64,000 nucleotides of DNA from Eledone cirrhosa (Eukaryota). Under the pieces are notes generated by a model. That model saw nothing but the letters and a program-made list of their open reading frames with translations, ran no database searches and was not told the DNA's origin. The position numbers were made by a program, and so were the translations under genes. Position 1 is the stretch's first letter; each line of letters starts with the position of its first letter. The stretch covers positions 74,834,001 through 74,898,000 of the forward strand of contig OZ024744.1 in NCBI GenBank assembly GCA_964016885.1, read 5' to 3'. Below, piece after piece: positions 1-11,712 of the stretch.

Positions 1-500
1 CATTTAAAAATGAAGGAGAGGCGGTTTTCCTCTGTCTGGTGGCTATGGCGAAAGATGTAATATGGTCGACGAGGTTAAAAGGACTGAGGGCAAACAGCTT
101 TCTCTCCGGACAACAACTCATCCCGTTCTTTAAGTACTACTTCAGAAGGAAGGTGGGAGTGGAGAGAGAGGTGCTACACCCCAATATATTCGCTGAAAGG
201 TGGGTGAATGTGACGAAAATGGCCCGAGTGAATGGACCATCTCTGTATATAAACCTCTAGGTTGAGGAAGACAAACAGGTGGAAGACGTGAAGACCTTCA
301 AAACGTGTTCCTAGTATTGAGGGTTGTTCTCCCTACGAGGTGTAAAACAATCTCGCAGTAACGTTCCCCCCTATTAGGGATCTCGATTGTTTTATTTTAT
401 ATATAGTTAATTGTTATTCATTATTGTTAAAGATTTTATGTAAAACCCGTCTTGTAATGACCCATTTTTGTACGCCCTTGTGGCAAATAAAGATATCTAT
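1..500 (+). mobile_element. 3' end of L1/Tx1-like LINE (ORF2 C-terminus and 3' UTR)
   Basis: Peptide (KNEGEAVFL..)MAKDVIWSTRLKG..SGQQLIPFFKY is homologous to 1640-1850 and to 28480-28700 (-). Ends CCCTTGTGGCAAATAAAG followed by (TATC)n. Confidence 0.8.
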
Positions 501-519
501 CTATCTATGTATATATATG

Positions 520-2140
520 CCAGTCTGTCTATGACAGTAATGGTGTTGAGCACCTCGCAAATCGAGAAAGTCGGCACCTTACTGAAGGAATACGAAAGGT
601 TCACAGGAGCGAAGCTGAACCGGATAAGTCCATTGGTTTGCAACTCGGATCGTGGAGAGGCAAACCGATGCCTTCCGATGGCGGCGTCGGACGCTGGACG
701 TAGGGACAGGTAAAGCTGCTCGGGGTCTGGTTTGGTCCTGACCTCCAGGTAGAGAAGAACTGGAACGAGGTGTCGGCCCAAGGTGTTTGCACTCACTCAG
801 AAGTGGGCCGAGTGCAAACTATCCTTGAAAGGTCGAGCGGAGGTGGCGAACACTTTTATAGCATCCGCCATCTACTACCGCTTGACCGTCGTGCCTTGTC
901 CAGCCAAAACCCTCGCCAAAAGGGAGTGCGCGCTTTTCCAATTCCTTTGGAAGTGGCGGGCTCATTTGGTAAGAAGATCCATCTGCTGCCAACGCCCTTC
1001 CAACGGAGGGAAGGAGATGCCGTGGCCGACGATGCGCTAACACTCTCAGGCTGCGGCATCTCTACGTATTCCTCACCGGACAACCGGTGTGGGCCCCGTT
1101 CGTGAGGCCAGCCTTCACACGACTCGTCTCGCTGACCGAGCTGCAGTCCTGGGTCAAGCAAAGACCGAGGAAAATGGGCGACTGGCACATCGAATGTGCT
1201 CAGGCGCTCACAGCCCTCTGGCAGGCGGACCCGGCGATCAGTGGAGACTCCACTTCGTCATTCTATAGAGGGTTGATCCGCCGCAAGTGCGACGACGTGC
1301 TCGGTGACACTCTGGGCGTAGAGGAAGACAAACTGGCCAGTCTGTTCGGTAGGACCTTCCTCCCGGGACCGATGGACAACTTCCAAAAGTCCCTGGCCTG
1401 GCAGTGCTACCGAGGAGCTCTACCAATTCGAGACAAGCTCTACAGACATGGGCGCCCGAGCAGGGACCCTGCACAAAAGATCTGCCCGAGGTGCGTGCGA
1501 GACGAAGAAACCGTCGTGCACGTATTCATACACTGCCCGGGCGTCACCGACCTGTGGGGCTATGTGGAACGACTATTGTCGCTGGTGGGACCAATCCGGT
1601 TGACCACCGAGTCCATTGTCATGATCAAACCGCCACCTTCCTTCAAAAACGAAGGAGAGGCGGTTTTCCTATGGGAGATAGCTATGGCGATAGAGGTTGT
1701 ATGGTGGACAAGGTTGAAAGGGGTGAGATCAGACACCTTTCTCTCCGGTCAACAACTGATTCTTTTTTTCAAATACCACTTGGAAGAAGAATCAGGATGG
1801 AGTGAAAGGTGCTGTACCACAGCAAGTTTTATGAAAGGTGGGTGAAATTGGCGAGAATGCCCGAGTGAATGGGCCTTCTCTCTATATCAGCCTGTAGGTT
1901 GAGGAAAGAGAGGAGGAGAGGAAAGGAGTACAAACTCTTCGTACTCCTGGAGATGAGGGTTGCACATATTTTTTTCGGGGGTATATGTTACCCATATGAA
2001 ATGTCTGCACATATTGGGGAAAATCGACTAATTTTTAAATTACATTTGTGATAATATTTTACACGTTTTTATTGTATGTAAACTTCCCCCTTTGTATTTG
2101 TTTGTCCCCTTCTTTTGTGCCCCTGTGGCTAATAAAGAAA
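520..2140 (+). mobile_element. 5'-truncated L1/Tx1-like LINE, frameshifted ORF2 (RT C-terminus, zf-RVT/CCHC region)
   Basis: ORFs 783-1040 (LSLKGRAEVANTFIASAIYY) and 1087-1845 (LPIRDKL..CPRC..EETVVHVFIHC). Same 3' end CCCCTGTGGCTAATAAAG. Confidence 0.85.
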
Positions 2141-2169
2141 CATATCTACATCCCTATCTATCTAGCTAT

Positions 2170-4503
2170 ATATAACCCTACGAAGTCCGATTTAGGTAGA
2201 CTTAGTAAAAGGGTTTTTGATAGAATTATACCTGAAATTAGAAGTTTAGCCCCTCTTGCACTGTGGAACAATTCTTTCGCGGTGATTGATCGGTTCAACG
2301 GCATATGCAACAAGGAATATTGCCGTTTTATCCAATTCGACATCAACAATTACTACTCCTCCATCACTTTATCACTTCTCCTTTGAGCTATCAATTTCGC
2401 TAAAACACTCACAGTGGTTAAGGATTTCGAAGTTAATGTCATCCTCAATGCCCGTAAGTCGGTGATTAATTTCGACGACTCTATTTGGATTAAAAAATCC
2501 AATAGTACCCCATTCGACATGAGTATGGGCGCTGGCGATTCTGCGGAGGTTACTGATCTTATCGGCCTTTTCCTTCTTTTCTCTATCAAGGACGAATTCC
2601 CCAACGCGGGCGGTGGTTTGTACTGTGATGATGGTCTTTTGACCATGACTAAGTGCGGACCTCGTGCTTTCGACAGGTTCACAAAAGAACTCGCAGCCTT
2701 CTTTAAAGGCTTCAACCTCTCTATACAGGTTGAGGCCAATCTCTCGGTCGTTAATTACCTCGACGTTACCCTCAATTTATCGAATGGGTTTTATTACCCG
2801 TATAGAAAGCCGAATGATACGCTTAATTACATAAGCATGCATTCCAACCATCCCGCCAGCATAACCAAGAACCTGGTAAGAAACGTTTCGTTGAGGCTTT
2901 CCCGTCTATCTACTAACGAGCATATTTTCAACGACCGTTCCACTTATTACAATGAAGCTCTTGCTCGGAGTGGATTTGTCAATAAGGTAGCATATACAGA
3001 GTACGAAAATAGACCTAGACGTAATAGATCCTGTCGCATTTGTTGGTATAACCAACCATATAATATGGTGGTGGCTACACCATTAGCTAAGAACTTTCTT
3101 TCCCTTATTACGAAGCATTTTCCCCCTACACATAAACATAGTAAAAATTTTAATAGAAATACTATTAACATTTCTTACTCTACGACACCCAACCTTGCAC
3201 ATAACATCACAGCTTCAAATTTAGCTAAACTACCTAACCGTAGGAACACGTGCAACCCTGTAGTTAGTACTAACTGTAATTGTAGGAATCGGGTTGATTT
3301 CCCCCTATCCGGGAAATGCCTCTCTAGTAACATTGTCTACAAATGTAAGGTTGTAACACCCACGTCCCGTAGGGCCTACATAGGGTTAACCCTCAATAGA
3401 TTCAAGCAGCGTCTTTATATGCATACCCATTCTTTTCGTTACCCTCTTAGAAGGAATATGACGTCACTTTCAGCTTATATGTGGAGTCTAAAAGACAACC
3501 ACACCCAATTTAAGTTACACTGGGAGATCCTAGCTAGGGCTAGATCGTATAACGGAAATAAAAGACCATGTGGCCTCTGTACCGATGAGGCCCTGGAAAT
3601 ACTCTATGCCACAGACCACATCTTAAACTAAAAAATTGAGGCAATTTCGGCTTGTAAACATAAATTGCACAAAACTTTCCTGTAATACAGCCCCACATTA
3701 TACCCTAAGGGATAGTACGATCTATACATGGATTTTTACGTCTTGATGTGGTAGCTAGTATATGTTTTGTTTATACCATTACTTATTTGCATAGGTAAGT
3801 ATATATTACCTTTATGTTTTGTGAAGATACGTATACCTTCTCGTACGTATATTTGATTGTATATGTTATGGCGTATAATTTTATATATTCTGGTACATAT
3901 GGCTCGGTTATGTGTATACGGGAGTTTTGCGTCTGCGTGTGTAAGCAGGTTCGTACGTATGTAGGGTGTGTGTATATGTGTACTTCATGTTTTGGCTGAT
4001 TTACGTCTTCGAACTTTTGTGTATTTACATGTAGGTATGTAGTGCGCTTGTTATATACGTATTTATTTATTTATATACGTTTATTTAATTATTTATTTGT
4101 ATATACGCACACACACACACAGACATATATATATGTGCGTGGTTTCGTATACCTATGGCAAGTGTTTTGCGTATGCTTGTGTATGTACGTATTTGAATGT
4201 GTGTATGCATTTATTTAATTTCTATTACCCCTGTATTGTATTTATTTACTTTATTCTTAACTCTGAAGCGGAGATTCATTCGGTTTCCTAGTTAGAATTT
4301 AGTCTACGACTTCAGCAATACCATTTACGTGGTTTTGTCTTTGCGTGCAATTGTTCTCCACGATCCACATATGACGTATTATCTTCGTTTTTTCCTTTCA
4401 TTGCCAGAGAACGTCTCTGTGAACCACCTAAGAGAATGTTAGTCTAGGACTTCTTTTATACCATAAACGTGGTTCTGTCTTTGAGCGTAATTGTTTTTCA
4501 CCA

Positions 4504-4508
<5 letters not shown>
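2170..4508 (+). mobile_element. Penelope-like element (RT + C-terminal GIY-YIG), probably Hydra-clade-like, with 3' pseudo-LTR region
   Basis: FIQFDINNYYSSI, FDMSMGAGDSAEVTDLIG, LYCDDGL, VNYLDVTL, SNHP, CNCR..PLSGKCL, YIGLTLNRFKQRLYMH. The 3' region matches 55600-56755 (-). Confidence 0.88.
2414..3631 (+). pseudogene. PLE RT-GIY-YIG ORF (405 aa). The frame continues upstream across one TGA (2384-2386) and downstream across a TAA to ~3685
   Basis: ORF 2048-2386 is in the same frame. After the TAA the frame reads KIEAISACKHK, and the sister copy at 56448 reads through this position (..HILNKK..). Confidence 0.8.
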
Positions 4509-4574
<66 letters not shown>

Positions 4575-4780
4575 GTAAGTATGTACACGTACATACATAT
4601 ATGCATACCGAGATACAGTAGTATGTATATATATAAACACATGTACACACATATATATGCACTTTTATTTTTTCCGAACATTTATTATAATGTCCGGTGT
4701 GTTTGTAAACAAACAGCCCGAATTACGCCGTACAGTGTTTGGCAACCATCGTCGCCTTTTTGTTCAACACTGACACAGGA

Positions 4781-4823
4781 ACGATGTACTAGTTTCAAGC
4801 TTATTAGCTATCGCCAGCATCGT
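4781..4823 (-). ncRNA. Type I hammerhead ribozyme, family A, core mutated (CUGGCGA)
   Basis: Minus strand: ACGAUG-CUGGCGA-UAGCU AAUA AGCUU-GAAAC UA GUA-CAUCGU. Confidence 0.7.
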
Positions 4824-5179
4824 ATACCTTTCTGTCAGATGATTGAATGTTTGAAAGTATATACTTTCCTTATGCATATTAACGGCTGAGCAGCCTAATT
4901 TGCATATCGAGTGAGTTAGTCGGCCGAGCGAACCGAAAACGATAAATGGAAAAGGATGAAATGAAATTTCATTTCTCACTCTTAGTACGGCTGATACATA
5001 AATGTAAGTATGTACACGTACATACATATATGTATACAGACGTACAGTAGTATGTATATATATACCTACATGTACACGGCCGACTAACTCACTCGATATA
5101 CAAATTAGGCTGCTCAGCCGTTAATATGCATAAGGAAAGTATATACTTTCAAACGTTCAATCATCTGACAGAAAGGTAT

Positions 5180-5222
5180 ACGATGCTGACGATAGCTAAT
5201 ATGCTTGAAACTAGTACATCGT
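5180..5222 (+). ncRNA. Minimal type I hammerhead ribozyme, family A, canonical core
   Basis: ACGAUG-CUGACGA-UAGC UAAUAU GCUU-GAAAC UA GUA-CAUCGU. Perfect 6-bp stem I and palindromic stem III (ACUAGU). Confidence 0.88.
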
Positions 5223-5539
5223 TCCTGTGTCAGTGTTGAACAAAAAGGCGACGATGGTTGCCAAACACTGTACGGCGTAATTCGGGATTTTTGTTTACAA
5301 ATAAACCGAACATTATAATAAATGTTCGGTAACCCATACGTGCATATATATATATATATGTGTGTACATGTATGCATACTACTGTACCTCTTTATACATA
5401 TATGTATGTACGTGTGCATCCTTACATTTAAGTATCTGCCGTACTAAGAGTGAGAAATGAAATTTACTTTCATCCTGTTCCATTTATATATATATGTTGT
5501 GTGTGTGTGGGGGGTGGGGGGGGGGGGGGGAGATATATA

Positions 5540-6038
5540 GTTAGGAAGTAGTTATTGAGTGAAATTATTTAGCGAAAAAGTGGTGTAGTAGTTATCTGTC
5601 CCTTTTCTACTCTATCTTCCCCAATAACTCGCTTTAAGAAATACAGGGGAATTTACACTTTAGCCATTTGCTCTGAAGACATGGTAGGATGAACAAGATT
5701 TGAAAATTGAGTATCTGCAAATAAATAAATACCAGTTTGCACATAGCATGACTAGGCTGTGTAACTACTAAAGAAACATTTGGAAGCACTCGGAATAAAT
5801 GTTTCTTTAGTAGTTACACTGCCTAGTCATGCTATGTGCAAATTGGTATTTATTTATTTGCAGATACTCAATTTTCAAATGCTGTTCATCCTACCATGTC
5901 TTCAGAGCAAATGGCTAAAGTGTAAATTCCCTTGTATTTCTTAAAGCGAGTTATTGGGGAAGATAGAGTAGAAAAGGGAGAGATAACTACTACACCACTT
6001 TTTCGCTAAATAATTTCACTCAATAACTACTTCCTAAC
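5540..6038. repeat. Fold-back inverted repeat (~240-bp arms, ~15-nt spacer); partial third copy at 6463-6620
   Basis: 5540-5781 is the near-perfect reverse complement of 5797-6038. Flanked by poly-G and poly-C. Confidence 0.92.
5669..5713 (+). ncRNA. Hammerhead-like variant in fold-back arm (mirror copy 5865-5909, -)
   Basis: UGCU-CUGAAGA-CAUG..(CAUUU in the mirror copy)-GAAA AUUG-AGUA. Stem II is weak and the cleavage-site nucleotide is non-canonical. Confidence 0.4.
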
Positions 6039-6214
6039 AATATCCCCCCCCCCACAAAACACACGCACACACTACAAGCCAGTACCTTGCTTATCGTAAT
6101 AAATGGATACTTTAGTGCGATCAGCAAACTACAACTACGAAACCGGTGTATATCGCCTTTCCTTCCCCTTCTCTTAACTTTTTTCTGTCCCCTCTCTTTC
6201 TCTTTCTCTCTCTC

Positions 6215-6250
<36 letters not shown>

Positions 6251-7107
6251 TGTGTCTATCTCCCTCCTTCTCCAGATCGATCAATCTGCTCTCTGTGGCA
6301 ATAAATAATTCCAAACGTGACAATATCAACACAATGCCTAAGTTATCACTTTGAGAGTAAGCAGTATAATAAAACCACTTGTTGGACCCCTATCACAACA
6401 TTTAGATTAAGCTATCTGTATTCTTCAAACCACTCTCTCCCATTTCTCCGACCCCTACACTCCCTTTAAGAAATACAAGGGAATTTACACTTTAGCCATT
6501 TGCTCTTTAGCCATTTGCATTTGAAAATTGAGTATCTGCAAATAAATAAATACCAATTTGCACAAAGCATCACTAGGCTGTGTAACTACTAAAGAAACAT
6601 TTGTAAACACTCGGAATAAATTACCTTTTTATGATGTCTACCTGTTTTATTAATCATTCTTGATCTACAGTCCGGAATACAGAAGAATCGGAAACCGAGT
6701 TTCTTAAACTGTTTTCATAACTCGTTGAGTAACCACTCACCGTTCGTCGACTCTATCTAGTGTAGTAATTAAGCATTACTGCATTCAGGATAATCCTAAG
6801 CATTTCTTGCATAACCTATATGTGCATATGCATTTTTTCTTCTAACTTTAATTTTATATCTAATTGTGAATAGCTGACGGTATATTTAATCGATTTCCAC
6901 GTGCTATTGAAATGTTGGGTAAATATTCTATAGCGGTTAATCGCGAATAAATTGCTGTCATTTATTTATCTACTATTTCTTCATAGGTGCCTTTTAATCT
7001 CATAGCTTGGTTTAATGGATTTTTTGTGTGGTTGATTATGCTAATTGGGAGAGGAAATGGTGTATATATATTATCAAATGATTCTATAGACATACTTTAT
7101 AGTATAT

Positions 7108-7286
7108 ATAGGAAATGTTTAACTCCGACGGCGGAGCTCAAGCCGTTTCGTCCCGAAATAGCCGTCGAAACGGCTTGAGCTCTGCCGTCGGGGTGAATGA
7201 TTTTCCTATTACCCACTCTACTACCCTAGGTACTGAGTACTCTGGTGCGTTATGGTCCACCTGATTCCTTATCACACTTCCTTCCT
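7108..7286. repeat. Small palindromic non-autonomous element (family B); other copies 54200-54400 and 58938-59068
   Basis: Hairpin CCGACGGCGGAGCTCAAGCCGTTTCG..CGAAACGGCTTGAGCTCTGCCGTCGG plus a shared tail (..CTCTACTACCCTA..CCTTACCACATTTCCTTC) next to (TA)n. Confidence 0.8.
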
Positions 7287-7324
7287 TATATATATATATT
7301 ATATATATATATTTATATATAATA

Positions 7325-7420
<96 letters not shown>

Positions 7421-7623
7421 CAAAACAGTGAATGACACAAATACATACGTATATATCTAATGATATAATATATATATACATGATGGTTTTCATAGTAAAA
7501 GCGAAATTGTAAAGCTTTTTGTCGGTATGTCTGCGACTGAAATTACCAAGAAAATATAGAAGTAAATTTAAGTATGTATACGTACATACATATATGTATA
7601 CAGACGTACAGTAGTATGTATAT

Positions 7624-7669
<46 letters not shown>

Positions 7670-7764
7670 AATTAACAACCCAACAAGGAACTGGGCATAT
7701 CAGAGTATTGACAATATCATACACCTAAACAACATATGTACTTGTCTATACCATACTAATTCAA

Positions 7765-7819
7765 ACTGCCTGAAGAGGTCACAGCCAAAGATGGCTGTCA
7801 CTGAAATATATATAGCAGT
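7765..7819 (+). ncRNA. Type I hammerhead ribozyme
   Basis: ACUGC-CUGAAGA-GGUCACAGCC AAAGAU GGCUGUCACU-GAAA UAUAUA UA-GCAGU, followed by AATAAA. Confidence 0.85.
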
Positions 7820-7859
7820 AATAAACGAAGCTAAATTTTAATCATTTGACTTTTATTTA

Positions 7860-7934
<75 letters not shown>

Positions 7935-7943
7935 TATATAAAT

Positions 7944-9130
<1,187 letters not shown>

Positions 9131-9294
9131 ATAGAAGTAAATTGTTATAGTAGAATCATGTATTTATGAGGAATAGTTATGAGGCATGATAAATACATCA
9201 GGGAGAATTACTAAATATTTTTGTAAACAAAGTATATACATGTTAGAAATGAGTATGACATTGAGAAATGATATGTAAATATAGTTGGCTTTGT

Positions 9295-9467
9295 ATAAAG
9301 AGAAAGAGAGAGGGTGATAGAGAGGGAGGGTGAGATAGAGATATTGATAGAGAGAAAGAGAGAGAGAGGAGGGGGAGAAAGGGAGAGAGAAAGTGAGAGA
9401 GTGGTAGAGAGTAAGTGAGAGAGTAGTGGATATATATATAGAGAGAGCGTGAGAAAGAGAAATTGTT

Positions 9468-9547
<80 letters not shown>

Positions 9548-10191
9548 CAATTGGGAGAAAGAGAGAACAATTGGGAGAAAGAAAGAAAGTGAGAGACAGA
9601 GAGAGGGAGAAAGAGACAATGATAGAGAGAAAGCCAGATAAAGAGAGAAATATTGGGAGAGAGAAAGAAAGTGAGAGAGAGAGGGAGAAAGAGAGAATGA
9701 TAGAGAGAGAGTGATAGAGAGAGAGAAAGACAGATAAAGAGAGAGAATAGGAGAGAAAGGGAGAGAGAGAAGTTGAGAGAGAGGGAGAATTAACGATAGA
9801 ATTCCAAGCGATTCCCAACTATAAAGGCAAATAAGGAGGGAAAAAAAAGAGGATATTCCTATTATTTGAACATAGTGGAGAAAACACTTTCTGATATTTA
9901 CTTCAACTATTTACACACGTTTCATTGTATTATACCTATTTAATATACCATAGCGTCACTTTCGCAGCAAATGAGAAAATTACAGACGCACGTAAACATA
10001 CACACACACATTCACCACACATACACCACACATACACTTATATACACGATACACATATACACACATCACCACCCACACACACAAACACACACATTCACAT
10101 ACACTACACAGACAAACGCACAAGTACATACATAACGCACACAACATATACATAAATGCACAGACATACATACATACACACGCACACACAC

Positions 10192-10225
<34 letters not shown>

Positions 10226-10520
10226 GACACACACACACATACACATTACACAGACACACATACACACACATTCGCGCACACACAAAAACACACACATATA
10301 TACATATACACAGATTCACACATACACACGCACACTACACAAACACACATGCATACGCTCATAGACACACCTACATACACACATCACACACATACATACA
10401 TAAACACACATTCAGGCACATACACACAAACAGGTACACAACGCACACAAAACACACAAATACACACATATTCATTCACACACTCACACACACAATCATG
10501 CACATAGATACATACACATC
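9295..10520. repeat. Degenerate (GA)n then (CA)n/(TA)n low-complexity tracts
   Basis: Direct inspection. The SLSL/RERE/HTHT ORFs here are repeat translations. Confidence 0.9.
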
Positions 10521-10574
10521 CTAAAATATAAAAAAAATGTTTGTTCTTGTATTTATTATATTTAATATAGGGGG

Positions 10575-10762
10575 AGGGGAGTATCAGCAGAAGGTCGGAC
10601 GCCATGCTTTGCAGCATAGAGTTACGCCCCTTTACGTTCTGAGTTCAAATCCCGGCGAGGTTCACTTTGCCTTTCATCCTTACGCGGTCGATAAAATAAA
10701 GTACCAGTTATGTACTGGGGTAATTGCTGGCCTTGTGCCAATAGTAGAAACAATTATATTTA
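10575..10762 (+). mobile_element. tRNA-derived SINE; partial second copy ~10790-10920
   Basis: B-box-like GAGTTCAAATCCC, conserved core GCCTTTCATCCTT..GGTCGATAAAATAAAGTACCAG, tail GGCCTTGTGCC..AGAAACAATTATT. Repeated at 26435, 56785 and 57985 (-). Confidence 0.8.
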
Positions 10763-10959
10763 ATATACGGACTGAGTTGGTCAAATTATTTCAGAGACGG
10801 GTAAAATATCATTTAGCTCTTTCCATTCTGAGATCAAATTCCGTCGAGGCCCATTTTGACTTTCATCCTTCTGAGGTCGGTGGAATATAGTTCAAATCAT
10901 GTAGTGGGTTGATTTAATTAACTTTGCGTCTTCAAAAATAAATAGCCAGTCTGTTCCGG

Positions 10960-11470
10960 AGGATTTTTAGTCACTGTCCTATGGATAATTTCCAGAAAGC
11001 CCTTGCTTTTGTAGCGCTACCGAGGAGTACAGCAGGTTCGAGACAAACGTTACAAGCACGGAAGAATCGTCAGTCGCACCTGTTCCAGGTGCGCGCAGAC
11101 CGACGAAACATTTTGCTCGCACTCGTTTAGTGTTCAGGTATTGCTGATGTTTTGAGATTTGTTGTCCAACAACTGTTATCATGTCACGTATAGAACGAAT
11201 CGGATTATAGACCGAATCCATCGTGAAGATCAATTCCCCGCTTACCTTTAGACGAAGGGCAGGCAGTTTTCATCTGATGGCTGTGGTGAAAGATATTGTA
11301 TGGTAGATATGACTGAAATTATTGAAGACGGTCATCTTCATTTTCGATTTGGAGAATATGGTGGTTTAGAGATTATGCTATTGGAGATTAAGGTGGTTTA
11401 GGATATCTGGAGTTACTAAATTACTCCAAGGTGGTACTACTCGCTATTCGGGAAACTTAGTGTTATAAAT
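10960..11470 (+). mobile_element. Degraded L1/Tx1-like 3' fragment
   Basis: ATGGATAATTTCCAGAAAGCC..CGAGACAAAC..GAATCCATCGTGAAGATC is homologous to 1370-1630 and 23030-23600. Confidence 0.65.
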
Positions 11471-11712
11471 GTGATACGCTAGCTTCAGCATTTAGTAATC
11501 AAAAGTAGAAGGAAGGCGTAAAAGCGAAACTCGCTGTCTTCAATTTGGTATTCTTGCCAACCATTACCTAGGGTCAAGGATCTCGGATAATGACCGAAAG
11601 AATACGATCGCGAAAAAATTATTATATTCTTGTTATTGTTATTATTTTTTTTTTCGGGCAATGGCCAAACTCGATAACGAGTGGGCAGCAATTATGTATA
11701 TATGTATGTATG

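Larger units (their letters stand above)
4570..5490. repeat. Tandem plus inverted copies of a ~430-bp non-coding hammerhead-containing unit (retrozyme/non-autonomous PLE-like, family A)
   Basis: AAATGTAAGTATGTACACGTAC at ~4571 and ~5000 gives the period. 5078-5490 is the reverse complement of the unit. Other copies lie at 8790-9130 and 19770-20490. Confidence 0.85.

Noticed and set aside
2384-2386. In-frame TGA in the PLE ORF as selenocysteine (as in some Naiad PLEs)
   Set aside because: The element has a C-terminal endonuclease, unlike Naiads. The position is not an obvious Cys site, CGA>TGA decay is a simpler explanation, and the copy also has a premature TAA.
10640-10660. tRNA gene suggested by GTTCAAATCCC
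   Set aside because: No cloverleaf; it is the B-box of a multi-copy SINE.
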